Below are positions 24,994 to 32,000 of a stretch of 32,000 nucleotides of DNA, piece after piece (the first letter of the stretch is position 1; each line of letters starts with the position of its first letter). The position numbers were made by a program, and so were the translations under genes. Source of the stretch: Candidatus Saccharimonadota bacterium (GTDB lineage: Bacteria > Patescibacteriota > Patescibacteriia > 2-12-FULL-60-25); assembly GCA_023898425.1 (NCBI GenBank), contig CP060222.1, positions 210,001-242,000 of the forward strand, read 5' to 3'. Under the pieces are notes generated by a model. The model was not told the origin of the DNA and did not search any database. It saw only the letters and a list, made by a program, of their open reading frames with translations.

Positions 24994-26136
24994 ATGCGAG
25001 TTATTCATATTGCTTGTGTCGCGCCTCCAGAAATTGGAGGAATTGGCCAAGTAGCTTTACGTGAAGTCACCGGTCTTCGTGCGCATGGCGTTGATGCTCG
25101 ACTTATTGCTCCTGAACTCCCGGCGGGTCACCATGCTTCTACAGTTTTAGCCGACTATGATCGATCGTTTGTGCATCGATTGCCAACGGCATGGCGGTTT
25201 GGAAATGCATCTCTTCTTGAGGGATGGCGTGAACTTGTGTCTTCGGCCGATGTATTGCATTTACATTATCCTTATTATGGATTTACTGAGCAGCTTTTAT
25301 TTGCTGGGATGGATTTACCGCCAATCGTCATCACGTATCATATGGATGCGACGGCAAAAAAGACCGTGCGTGGCTGGATATTTGCTTTGCACAGATTCTT
25401 CTTTCAAAACGCTATTTTACGTCTAGGGAAACGTATCATTGTTTCGTCATTTGATTATGCTCGCAATGCATCAGTAGCACGATTTTTTCGTAAAGACCCA
25501 GATCGGTTTCAAGAGTTGCCTTTTGGAATTGATACCGTAAAATTTTCTCCAGGGTTAGACGAGCGTGAACGATTGATGATCGGCGAGTCTGATCCAACCA
25601 TTCTTTTTGTGGGTGGACTCGATGAAGCGCATGCCTTTAAAGGGCTATCAGTGCTTTTTAAGGCTTTTATCATGATAGATAGCGCAGCACATCTTGTTAT
25701 TGTCGGTGACGGTGATAAGCGTGCGGATTTTGAAGCAGAAGCAAGAGAGCTTGGGATTGCCTCGCGCGTTCACTTTATGGGCCGCGTTCGTGTAGATGAG
25801 CTCGTATCGCTTTATCGCTCGGCTGATGTCTTTGCCTTTCCGTCTACGAGTCAGGCGGAGGCATTTGGATTAGTCGCGCTTGAAGCACAGGCTTGTGGTT
25901 TGCCGGTTGTTGCTTCGGATTTACCAGGTGTTCGGACGGTAGTTCGTCAGGATGAGACGGGTTTACTTGTTCCGCCTAACGATAGCGAGTTGCTTGCTGA
26001 TGCATTAACGGATGTCCTTTCTCATCCACAAAAACGTATGCAATTTTCTATTGAAGCGCGTAAGCATGCATTGCAGTATGGTTATGAAGCGCATACCAGC
26101 GAACTCATGGAGATGTATCGACAAGTATGCGAATAG
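24994..26136 (+). CDS. GT-B glycosyltransferase, family 4
   Basis: MRVIHIACVAPPEIGGIGQVAL.. and ..PSTSQAEAFGLVALEAQACGLPVVASDLPGVRTVVRQDETGLLVPPND... I prefer ATG 24994 over TTG 24988. Confidence 0.85.
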   Translation: MRVIHIACVAPPEIGGIGQVALREVTGLRAHGVDARLIAPELPAGHHASTVLADYDRSFVHRLPTAWRFGNASLLEGWRELVSSADVLHLHYPYYGFTEQLLFAGMDLPPIVITYHMDATAKKTVRGWIFALHRFFFQNAILRLGKRIIVSSFDYARNASVARFFRKDPDRFQELPFGIDTVKFSPGLDERERLMIGESDPTILFVGGLDEAHAFKGLSVLFKAFIMIDSAAHLVIVGDGDKRADFEAEARELGIASRVHFMGRVRVDELVSLYRSADVFAFPSTSQAEAFGLVALEAQACGLPVVASDLPGVRTVVRQDETGLLVPPNDSELLADALTDVLSHPQKRMQFSIEARKHALQYGYEAHTSELMEMYRQVCE

Positions 26137-27203
26137 CTCTTTTAACAAATGCCTTTCCTCCGGTTATGCGAGGTGGGGGAGGACGAATCGCTTCGTGGCA
26201 TGAACAAATCCTTCTAGACGCAGGACACGAAGTCCGGGTTTTTTGCCCACCGATTACCTGGTTTGATAAGCCGATTCTTTCAAGGCTCTTTTATCATTTT
26301 CGTGATCTTTTTTCGCGTTCTACGGTTACGAGTGAGATTGTTGTTTGGAACCCGGATATACTCATCACTGAAAATCTTACAGGTTGTGGATTTGGTACTC
26401 CGCAAGCCGTGATCGCAAAGACGGGAGCACAATGGGTGCATGTATTGCACGATGTTCAGCTCTTTGAGCCATCGGGACGCTTAAAAGACGCAGAGCGCAT
26501 CACATTGTGGCAATACGTTTGGGGAGGGATGCGACGTTTTGTTTTTGGTGATCCGCAAACCGTTATTTGTCCTACACAATGGCTCTACGAAGAGCACCGT
26601 CGACGTGGATTTTTTACGCGAAGTGAAGTCGCGATCTTGCCTAACCCTGCTCCAGAAGAACAATTTGTATTGCGTTCGCCAAGAATGCCGCTTTCGCTTT
26701 TACTTATTGGTGCAACACAAGAAAAAGGTCTTGCGATGGCTGAGTGGTTAGCGAGTCATGCGATAGATTGCGCTGTTACCGTTACGTATCCACCAACACA
26801 ATATATTTCGATACCGAAAGAAAGTCATGTTCTCTACGTACCAAATGATGGCCCAGATAGCGTTGTACAAATGATGAAAGAAGCAGACGTACTACTCGTG
26901 CCATCAACCATTGTCGAAAATCAACCAACCGTCATTCTCGAGGCAGCCTCGGTTGGATTACCCGTTATTGCTTCAGATATTGGAGGTATCCGCGAAACCC
27001 TTGATGGAGCGGGTACACTTTGTCATCCATGGGATGAGCAGGCTTGGCTAGAAGCGGTAGAGCTTCACAAGCAACCAGCCTTTTATAGTTCTCAGGCTCT
27101 ACAAATGTACGAATTAGCACGTAAACGAGTTTTTGCGGATTATGCGTATAACTTCGCAACGCTTGTAGAAGAGCTTATTCAAGATCAAAACGATACAGAG
27201 TAA
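26127..27203 (+). CDS. GT-B glycosyltransferase, family 4-like
   Basis: MRIALLTNAFPPVMRGGGGRIASW.. and ..VENQPTVILEAASVGLPVIASDIGGIRETL... It overlaps the upstream gene by 10 nt. Confidence 0.75.
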   Translation: MRIALLTNAFPPVMRGGGGRIASWHEQILLDAGHEVRVFCPPITWFDKPILSRLFYHFRDLFSRSTVTSEIVVWNPDILITENLTGCGFGTPQAVIAKTGAQWVHVLHDVQLFEPSGRLKDAERITLWQYVWGGMRRFVFGDPQTVICPTQWLYEEHRRRGFFTRSEVAILPNPAPEEQFVLRSPRMPLSLLLIGATQEKGLAMAEWLASHAIDCAVTVTYPPTQYISIPKESHVLYVPNDGPDSVVQMMKEADVLLVPSTIVENQPTVILEAASVGLPVIASDIGGIRETLDGAGTLCHPWDEQAWLEAVELHKQPAFYSSQALQMYELARKRVFADYAYNFATLVEELIQDQNDTE

Positions 27204-29259
27204 TCGCACCGTTATCGATATCATGTTCATTGCCTGCAAGAGAGGATAATTGTCCTCTTACGCGTTCTGCATCCCACCAGTAGTTGTGGATTGCTACGTA
27301 AATGATACGTGAGTTTGTGAGTCGGCCAGCTTCTTTAATGGTGTCTATCGTAGGATTTTCTGAAGAGATACGTAAAAAACGTTCGTACAGTTTTCCGCCT
27401 GTTGGGATAGGATAATAGAACACATCATCAACATATCGCTTAAAGCCAAGAGCTTCGATAGCGGCGGCACTCATGCTTTGATTGGCTAATACAGCATAAG
27501 GACGTTGTTGAGCGTCTTGATCAATCCAAACGACAGCTTCTTTGTCTGCTTGACCAACACTCCAGCCATGGCTAATGACTCCAGCATCATGACGCGGAAA
27601 AGCATTGTATACACGAGCAGACTGCCAGAAGAGCAGTGATGCAAGTACAGCGCTACTTACGAGTGCTGGCCGTGATTTTTGTAGCTGTTGATAAAGACCT
27701 TTTGCCGCGGGTATCGCTAATAGGATTAAGCCAATCGTAAACAATCGATCAGCATAGTTGCTTCGCTCATAGGCGATAAGAAAAGAAAAGTCCCCAACAA
27801 TACGCATGAGATAGCCACTGATAAACAAAAAGACTCCAGAAAATGTTAATAGTTGATAAAACGATCGCTCTTGTGGCTCTTCGACTGATTTACTTAAGCC
27901 AAGTATTGCAAAGAGTAAGGTAAGTGGAGGTACTACCAAAGCAACAAGATCTACCCAATCTGGCCACATAGAGGCGTTGGCTCGTGCGCTCAATAATGAA
28001 TGTAGAGTCGCTTGTAGTGAGGAAAAATCTAAAAGCTTAGCAAAATCCCAAGTGATAGCTTGCTTACCCAAAAGACTAAAAACAAAGAAGGCGGCTGGCA
28101 CGGCAAATGCTGCACCGAAAGCGGTAATCACACTCATCCATGTACGCCAGAGCTGAGGTTTCTTGTGCGCGATCGTCATCCCGGCAAGGACGGTTACAAA
28201 TGGCAATCCCGCTAAAGGATGTGTTGCTAGTGACCATGTAGCAAAAATCCAAGCAGGTAGTACAGAATAGGTTTCGTCTTTATATCGCGGTAGCAGAAGA
28301 AGTGACGTAAATCCAAAAAGATAAGAAAGAGATTGCGGCGTTGTTGAAATAAGCCAGCTCAAAGGCAAAAAAAGAAGTGCTAAAAGATCTTGAGAAAGGA
28401 TTCTCCTTTTACGATCGATGGCAAATGCCGCGATAAGAAACGTCGTAAGACCCGTCAAAAGATAACGATCAATGGTATTGATTGAGAGATCGAAGAATTG
28501 TTTTATCCAAACCACCAAGGTGTATTGACCAATATAGTAAAATGGCTTTGGTTGTAGAGTCCCGTTTTCAAATAGGAGCCGCGTGCTTTCGCGATGAAGA
28601 AAACCATCAAAGCCAAAGCCTTGCGTATAGACGAGGGATGTAATCAGACTGAGGGCAATAAGCCCAGCGCCTGCTGCAGGAAGCAGCCAATACGTACGCT
28701 GTGTTTTTTTCGAAAGGAGTAATGGTAACAAAAAAAGAATACCTAATATGAACGGAAGTAATGGGTGAAGATAGGGCCAAGGACTTCTGATGGCGTCACT
28801 CGTGGCATGAGCCGCTGCATTACGTAAAACAAAACTCGTTAATACTATAGTGACAAGCGCACCCACCATGCCCATAATTGATGAATAGGGGGTTGATTTG
28901 ATGAAGGTGGATTTATCCACGTCATGAAAGTAGCTGCTATAAAATGCAATCAAACCACCAGACAAGAGAGTAGCAAAAGAAAGGATATAGGCGTTTAGTG
29001 GTACAGATAGATAGTAGCCAAATGTGAGTAGCAAGCTCTGTCCACCGAGTATTGTGCCAATAAGAATGATAAAACTCGTTATTTGACCACTGGTGGGCAA
29101 TAATCGCTTGCTCGCCGAATAGGCAACGAGCAAGATGCTAGCAAAACACATCGAAAGACTTACGATGTGACCAGGCAATACAATGACGAGGATTGCTGAG
29201 ATCGCAAGCCATAGTCCTAGCCAAAAACCCTCTCGGTCAAAACGTTCAATCATGGGCAT
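27175..29259 (-). CDS. 694-aa polytopic membrane protein with C-terminal soluble domain; candidate GT-C-type glycosyltransferase or polymerase (function unproven)
   Basis: By eye there are at least 12 hydrophobic segments. A conserved-looking loop reads ..YTQGFGFDGFLHRESTRLLFENGTLQPKPFYYIGQY... The C-terminal domain of about 150 aa reads ..AVLANQSMSAAAIEALGFKRYVDDVFYYPIPTGGKLYERF... I cannot assign a named family from memory. Confidence 0.4.
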   Translation of the reverse strand: MPMIERFDREGFWLGLWLAISAILVIVLPGHIVSLSMCFASILLVAYSASKRLLPTSGQITSFIILIGTILGGQSLLLTFGYYLSVPLNAYILSFATLLSGGLIAFYSSYFHDVDKSTFIKSTPYSSIMGMVGALVTIVLTSFVLRNAAAHATSDAIRSPWPYLHPLLPFILGILFLLPLLLSKKTQRTYWLLPAAGAGLIALSLITSLVYTQGFGFDGFLHRESTRLLFENGTLQPKPFYYIGQYTLVVWIKQFFDLSINTIDRYLLTGLTTFLIAAFAIDRKRRILSQDLLALLFLPLSWLISTTPQSLSYLFGFTSLLLLPRYKDETYSVLPAWIFATWSLATHPLAGLPFVTVLAGMTIAHKKPQLWRTWMSVITAFGAAFAVPAAFFVFSLLGKQAITWDFAKLLDFSSLQATLHSLLSARANASMWPDWVDLVALVVPPLTLLFAILGLSKSVEEPQERSFYQLLTFSGVFLFISGYLMRIVGDFSFLIAYERSNYADRLFTIGLILLAIPAAKGLYQQLQKSRPALVSSAVLASLLFWQSARVYNAFPRHDAGVISHGWSVGQADKEAVVWIDQDAQQRPYAVLANQSMSAAAIEALGFKRYVDDVFYYPIPTGGKLYERFLRISSENPTIDTIKEAGRLTNSRIIYVAIHNYWWDAERVRGQLSSLAGNEHDIDNGAITLYRFDLE

Positions 29260-29323
29260 AGCCTAGCAAGTTTTACGTCTTTGATATAGCGCTATCTCTA
29301 TTGTGTCGAGCTATGGTGAGACA

Positions 29324-29332
29324 TGCTATGAT
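29324..29332 (+). promoter_or_regulatory. extended -10-like box TGCTATGAT, 6 nt upstream of ATG 29339
   Basis: It lies in the 79-bp divergent intergenic region between the membrane-protein gene and the phosphatidyltransferase gene. No Shine-Dalgarno sequence is present. Confidence 0.4.
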
Positions 29333-29338
29333 TCTATT

Positions 29339-29920
29339 ATGCCCCTGATGACGAATGATAATATTCGTTTATATCCACATGACCGTTTTGTGGCGCGGCT
29401 CTTTTGGTTTGTACCGAAATGGGTTGAGCCGAACCACCTAACAGTTTTACGTATTATTTTAATACCTATTGTTTTGTTTTTATTATGGAGACAGTCATGG
29501 ATAGCGTCTTTTATCGTTTTTGTCTTTGCAGCCATTACTGATTTATTGGACGGCAGTCTTGCGCGTACGCGTTCGCAGATTACGCTTTGGGGGACGATCG
29601 CTGACCCGACGGCGGATAAGCTGCTTATCGCTACGGTAGCAGTCTATCTTATCTGGAAAGGCTTAGATCCTTGGGTTTGTTTTACCTTGGTTTTGCTTGA
29701 GTTACTAATCATTGCTAATGCCATCAGAAGGCAACAGCAGGGGATATATGTTTCAGCAAATAATTACGGTAAAATCAAGATGGTATTACAGGCCATTGGG
29801 GTAGCGTCATTACTACTCGCTCAAGCCGTAGCCTGGATGTGGCTCACACCACTTGCTCTCGCATTGTTTTTGTTCTCATTTGTTTTTGCTTTTCTTTCAC
29901 TGATCACGTATGGATTATAA
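29339..29920 (+). CDS. CDP-alcohol phosphatidyltransferase (PgsA-like)
   Basis: The signature D-x2-DG-x2-AR-x8-G-x3-D-x3-D is present as AAITDLLDGSLARTRSQITLWGTIADPTADK. There are 5-6 TM helices. I prefer ATG 29339 over GTG 29303. Confidence 0.8.
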   Translation: MPLMTNDNIRLYPHDRFVARLFWFVPKWVEPNHLTVLRIILIPIVLFLLWRQSWIASFIVFVFAAITDLLDGSLARTRSQITLWGTIADPTADKLLIATVAVYLIWKGLDPWVCFTLVLLELLIIANAIRRQQQGIYVSANNYGKIKMVLQAIGVASLLLAQAVAWMWLTPLALALFLFSFVFAFLSLITYGL

Positions 29921-29925
29921 CGACT

Positions 29926-31224
29926 ATGCTACATCAACTTAAAGCTCTTGTTCCGCCTTCATTGATCGCGGTTTACCACCGGGTTATCGCTCACGTGGCA
30001 GCTTTGTATTACGGTAACCCTTCTCGAGAGATGGTTGTTATAGGTGTTACTGGTACAAATGGTAAGACAACAACAACGTATCTTATTGCAAAGGCACTTG
30101 AGGGCGCGGGTGTGACGGCAGGCTGCACGACAACAGCTCTCATGAAGATTGGTAAAATCGAAAAACAAAATACCATGAAGATGACGATGCCAGGCCGATT
30201 TGCTTTGCAAAAGTTATTACGTCAAATGAAGGACGCGGGCTGTACACATGTGATTATCGAAACATCATCTCAGGGGCTTATTCAGTATCGTCACGAGGGC
30301 ATTGCTTATGATATTGGTGTTTTTACCAATCTTACGCCAGAGCATATTGAGGCACATGGTGGCTTTGAGAATTATAAAAAAGCCAAAAAGCTTTTGTTCA
30401 CGCACTTGGCAAAACAACCAACAAAACTGATTCATGGTAAGGCGGTAGAAAAAGCGATCATTTTAAACGCTGATGATGAACACGCTTCTTACTATCAGGT
30501 AGAGGGGATAAAAACACTTTGGTATAGCCTTGAGCGCAAAAGTGATTTATGTCCTGATACATTTACCCTGCAAGAACGGGGAGTGCATGCGGTGATTAAT
30601 GGTCATGACTTACAATTAAAATTACCGGGAGCCTATAATCTTGCAAATGCCTTGGCCGCTCTTCTTGTTGGTAAAGAATGTGGTTTTGCTTTGTCTGATC
30701 TTATAAAAGGCCTTGAATCTGTTGAAGTCATCCCTGGTCGTTATCAGCGTATCGAAGAGGGTCAGTCTTATGAGGTGATTATTGATTATGCGCCAGAGCC
30801 AGAATCGTTTAAGCGATTTTACGAAGCTTTTGAAGCTTCAAAGCATGGGACGATTATTCATGTTTTGGGTTCATGTGGCGGTGGCCGTGATATTGCACGC
30901 CGTCCTATTTTGGGGCAGCTCGCTGCAAAGCACGCGGATATTGTCGTTGTAACAAACGAAGATCCTTATGATGATAATCCCGCCGAGATTATTGATCAGG
31001 TGGCAGACGGTGCAAGATCCGCAGGTAAACAAGAAGGAAAAGACCTCTTTCTTTTGCAAGATCGTCGTGAAGCGATTCGGTTTGCGATGAAACAGGCAAA
31101 ACCGGGTGATGCGGTTATTCTTACAGGTAAAGGTAATGAGGCATGGATTTGCGGCGCTCATGGCAGTAAGCAACCATGGAGCGAAGAAGCAGAAGCTCGC
31201 GAAGCTATTCATCTCGCGGTATGA
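29926..31224 (+). CDS. murE: Mur ligase, MurE-type (UDP-MurNAc-L-Ala-D-Glu:diamino acid ligase) with a very short N-terminal region
   Basis: The P-loop is VIGVTGTNGKTTT. ..IIETSSQGLIQYRHEGIAYDIGVFTNLTPEHIEAHGGFENYKKAKKLLF.. is the MurE central-domain pattern. The C-terminal domain reads ..VLGSCGGGRD..VVVTNEDPYDDNP... ATG 29926 is used because the 29839 extension overlaps the previous gene and is not Mur-like. Confidence 0.75.
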   Translation: MLHQLKALVPPSLIAVYHRVIAHVAALYYGNPSREMVVIGVTGTNGKTTTTYLIAKALEGAGVTAGCTTTALMKIGKIEKQNTMKMTMPGRFALQKLLRQMKDAGCTHVIIETSSQGLIQYRHEGIAYDIGVFTNLTPEHIEAHGGFENYKKAKKLLFTHLAKQPTKLIHGKAVEKAIILNADDEHASYYQVEGIKTLWYSLERKSDLCPDTFTLQERGVHAVINGHDLQLKLPGAYNLANALAALLVGKECGFALSDLIKGLESVEVIPGRYQRIEEGQSYEVIIDYAPEPESFKRFYEAFEASKHGTIIHVLGSCGGGRDIARRPILGQLAAKHADIVVVTNEDPYDDNPAEIIDQVADGARSAGKQEGKDLFLLQDRREAIRFAMKQAKPGDAVILTGKGNEAWICGAHGSKQPWSEEAEAREAIHLAV

Positions 31225-31231
31225 TGTCATT

Positions 31232-31720
31232 ATGAAAGATTTGAGATTTCTTTGTCGGTTAAAAGAAGATGAGATTGTACAAAAGATTGTGCGTCTTCAT
31301 GCTTCTGAGCTTTGGCTCAAAGTATTGCCTTGGGGGATTGTACTTTGCATTGTTTCTTTTTTTCTTTTCTTTCTCTTGCGTGGTGGTTGGATCGGTATCC
31401 TCTTGGCGGTTGTCCTTGTGCTCGCGAGCCTCTATGGGATTTTTCAAGGCTTTGCCTGTTGGGATGGTACGGCGCTTGTATTAACGAATAAGCGATTATT
31501 GTTATTGCGTCGCAAACGACTCTGGTCTCGTACGGTAGAAGAAATGCCACTTTCTGAGACGCGCCATGTAGAAGCGCGTAAACGAGGTTCTTGGAGACGG
31601 ATTTTTGCTTTATCCTCGATAACGGTAAAAGGTGGTCAAAATCAGCAGTTTTCGCTCAGAAGCGTCACAGCCGCAGATCAATTTGTTGAATCGTTGAAAG
31701 AGACGCGAAAAATGCTATAA
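31232..31720 (+). CDS. small two-TM membrane protein with bacterial PH-like (DUF304/YdbT-type) C-terminal domain
   Basis: ATG 31232. A hydrophobic hairpin (VLPWGIVLCIVSFFLFFLL / WIGILLAVVLVLASLYGIF) is followed by ..GTALVLTNKRLLLLRRKRLWSRTVEEMPLSE..ITVKGGQNQQFSLRSV... This layout is typical of membrane bPH proteins. Confidence 0.5.
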   Translation: MKDLRFLCRLKEDEIVQKIVRLHASELWLKVLPWGIVLCIVSFFLFFLLRGGWIGILLAVVLVLASLYGIFQGFACWDGTALVLTNKRLLLLRRKRLWSRTVEEMPLSETRHVEARKRGSWRRIFALSSITVKGGQNQQFSLRSVTAADQFVESLKETRKML

Positions 31721-31721
31721 T
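31713..31721 (+). promoter_or_regulatory. extended -10 box TGCTATAAT, 6 nt upstream of ATG 31728
   Basis: An exact TGnTATAAT consensus. A TTGAAA -35-like hexamer sits at 31694-31699 (16-nt spacer). The box overlaps the stop codon of the upstream gene. Confidence 0.45.
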
Positions 31722-31727
31722 CCGCCC

Positions 31728-32000
31728 ATGGAGTCAAAGAATCTCAAGTCACAAGCAAAGAACACAAAGCGCTGGTCTTTATTTGTGATTGTGAGTCTCT
31801 TTTTGTTTTTTTTGGTGAGTGTCTCATCGGTCCGTCAAACGTATAGCGAATGGAAATTTGATCAGGAGCTAAAACGTATGCAAAATGAAATTGAGCAACT
31901 CGAAGGTCGTAAGCTTGAGCTGGCAGAATTACTCAATCGCTTGGATTCTCCTGATGCGCTTGATAAAGAAGCTCGTACCAGACTTGGCCTAAAAAAACCT
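31728..32000 (+). CDS. FtsB/DivIC-family septum formation initiator, 5' portion (runs off the window)
   Basis: It is absent from the ORF track because no stop codon falls inside the window. The translation is MESKNLKSQAKNTKRWSLFVIVSLFLFFLVSVSSVRQTYSEWKFDQELKRMQNEIEQLEGRKLELAELLNRLDSPDALDKEARTRLGLKKP. This gives one TM helix, a coiled coil, and the family-typical ..D..EA/ARxxLGLxKP.. ending. Confidence 0.75.
   Translation, partial: MESKNLKSQAKNTKRWSLFVIVSLFLFFLVSVSSVRQTYSEWKFDQELKRMQNEIEQLEGRKLELAELLNRLDSPDALDKEARTRLGLKKP

Noticed and set aside
95-31231. The long N-terminal extensions offered by the ORF track (95, 1580, 6220, 14432, 20369, 22433, 29839, 31106)
   Set aside because: Each extension overlaps the 3' end of the preceding gene or repeat DNA and translates to non-domain sequence. 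Each is followed by an internal ATG that yields a proper signal peptide, Rossmann N-terminus or family-typical start. Several of the extensions begin with TTG or GTG.

Overview
This is a gene-dense bacterial window that uses the standard code (TAA, TAG and TGA all act as stops). It is dominated by cell-envelope functions.

Gene order:
- The 3' end of an ECF sigma factor, translationally coupled to a DUF5667-like membrane protein.
- A signal-peptide-bearing, repeat-built surface (S-layer-like) protein of about 1,240 aa. A one-base frame change splits it into two ORFs.
- About 870 bp of non-coding DNA containing stacked hairpins, a decayed DUF559 pseudogene, 63-bp direct repeats and a 127-bp palindrome.
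- A glycan-assembly locus of about 13 kb: a Wzy_C/O-antigen-ligase-like protein with a TPR tail, UDP-xylose synthase, four GT-B glycosyltransferases, four SAM methyltransferases, a Wzx-type flippase and a WbaP-type phosphoglycosyl transferase.
- A secreted S8 protease, two tandem divergent UXS-like SDRs, and an M23 peptidase lipoprotein.
- A second glycosylation module: GT2 polyprenyl-phosphate glycosyltransferase, DUF2304, two GT4s and a 694-aa polytopic membrane protein.
- A CDP-alcohol phosphatidyltransferase, a MurE-type ligase with a truncated N-terminus, a small PH-like membrane protein, and the 5' end of an FtsB/DivIC-like gene.

The family mix (ECF sigma plus DUF5667, DUF559, Wzy_C-TPR, the GDLIK..AVYY..DGKRY module) resembles a CPR/Patescibacteria (Parcubacteria-like) genome. 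That placement is inference only. I saw no rRNA, tRNA, CRISPR array, transposase or recognisable defence system.

The leading hypothesis is that the surface-protein gene and the adjacent und-PP-type glycan pathway form a protein (S-layer) O-glycosylation system, with the Wzy_C-TPR protein acting as the oligosaccharyltransferase.

All family calls come from reading motifs by eye. No searches or computations were run.
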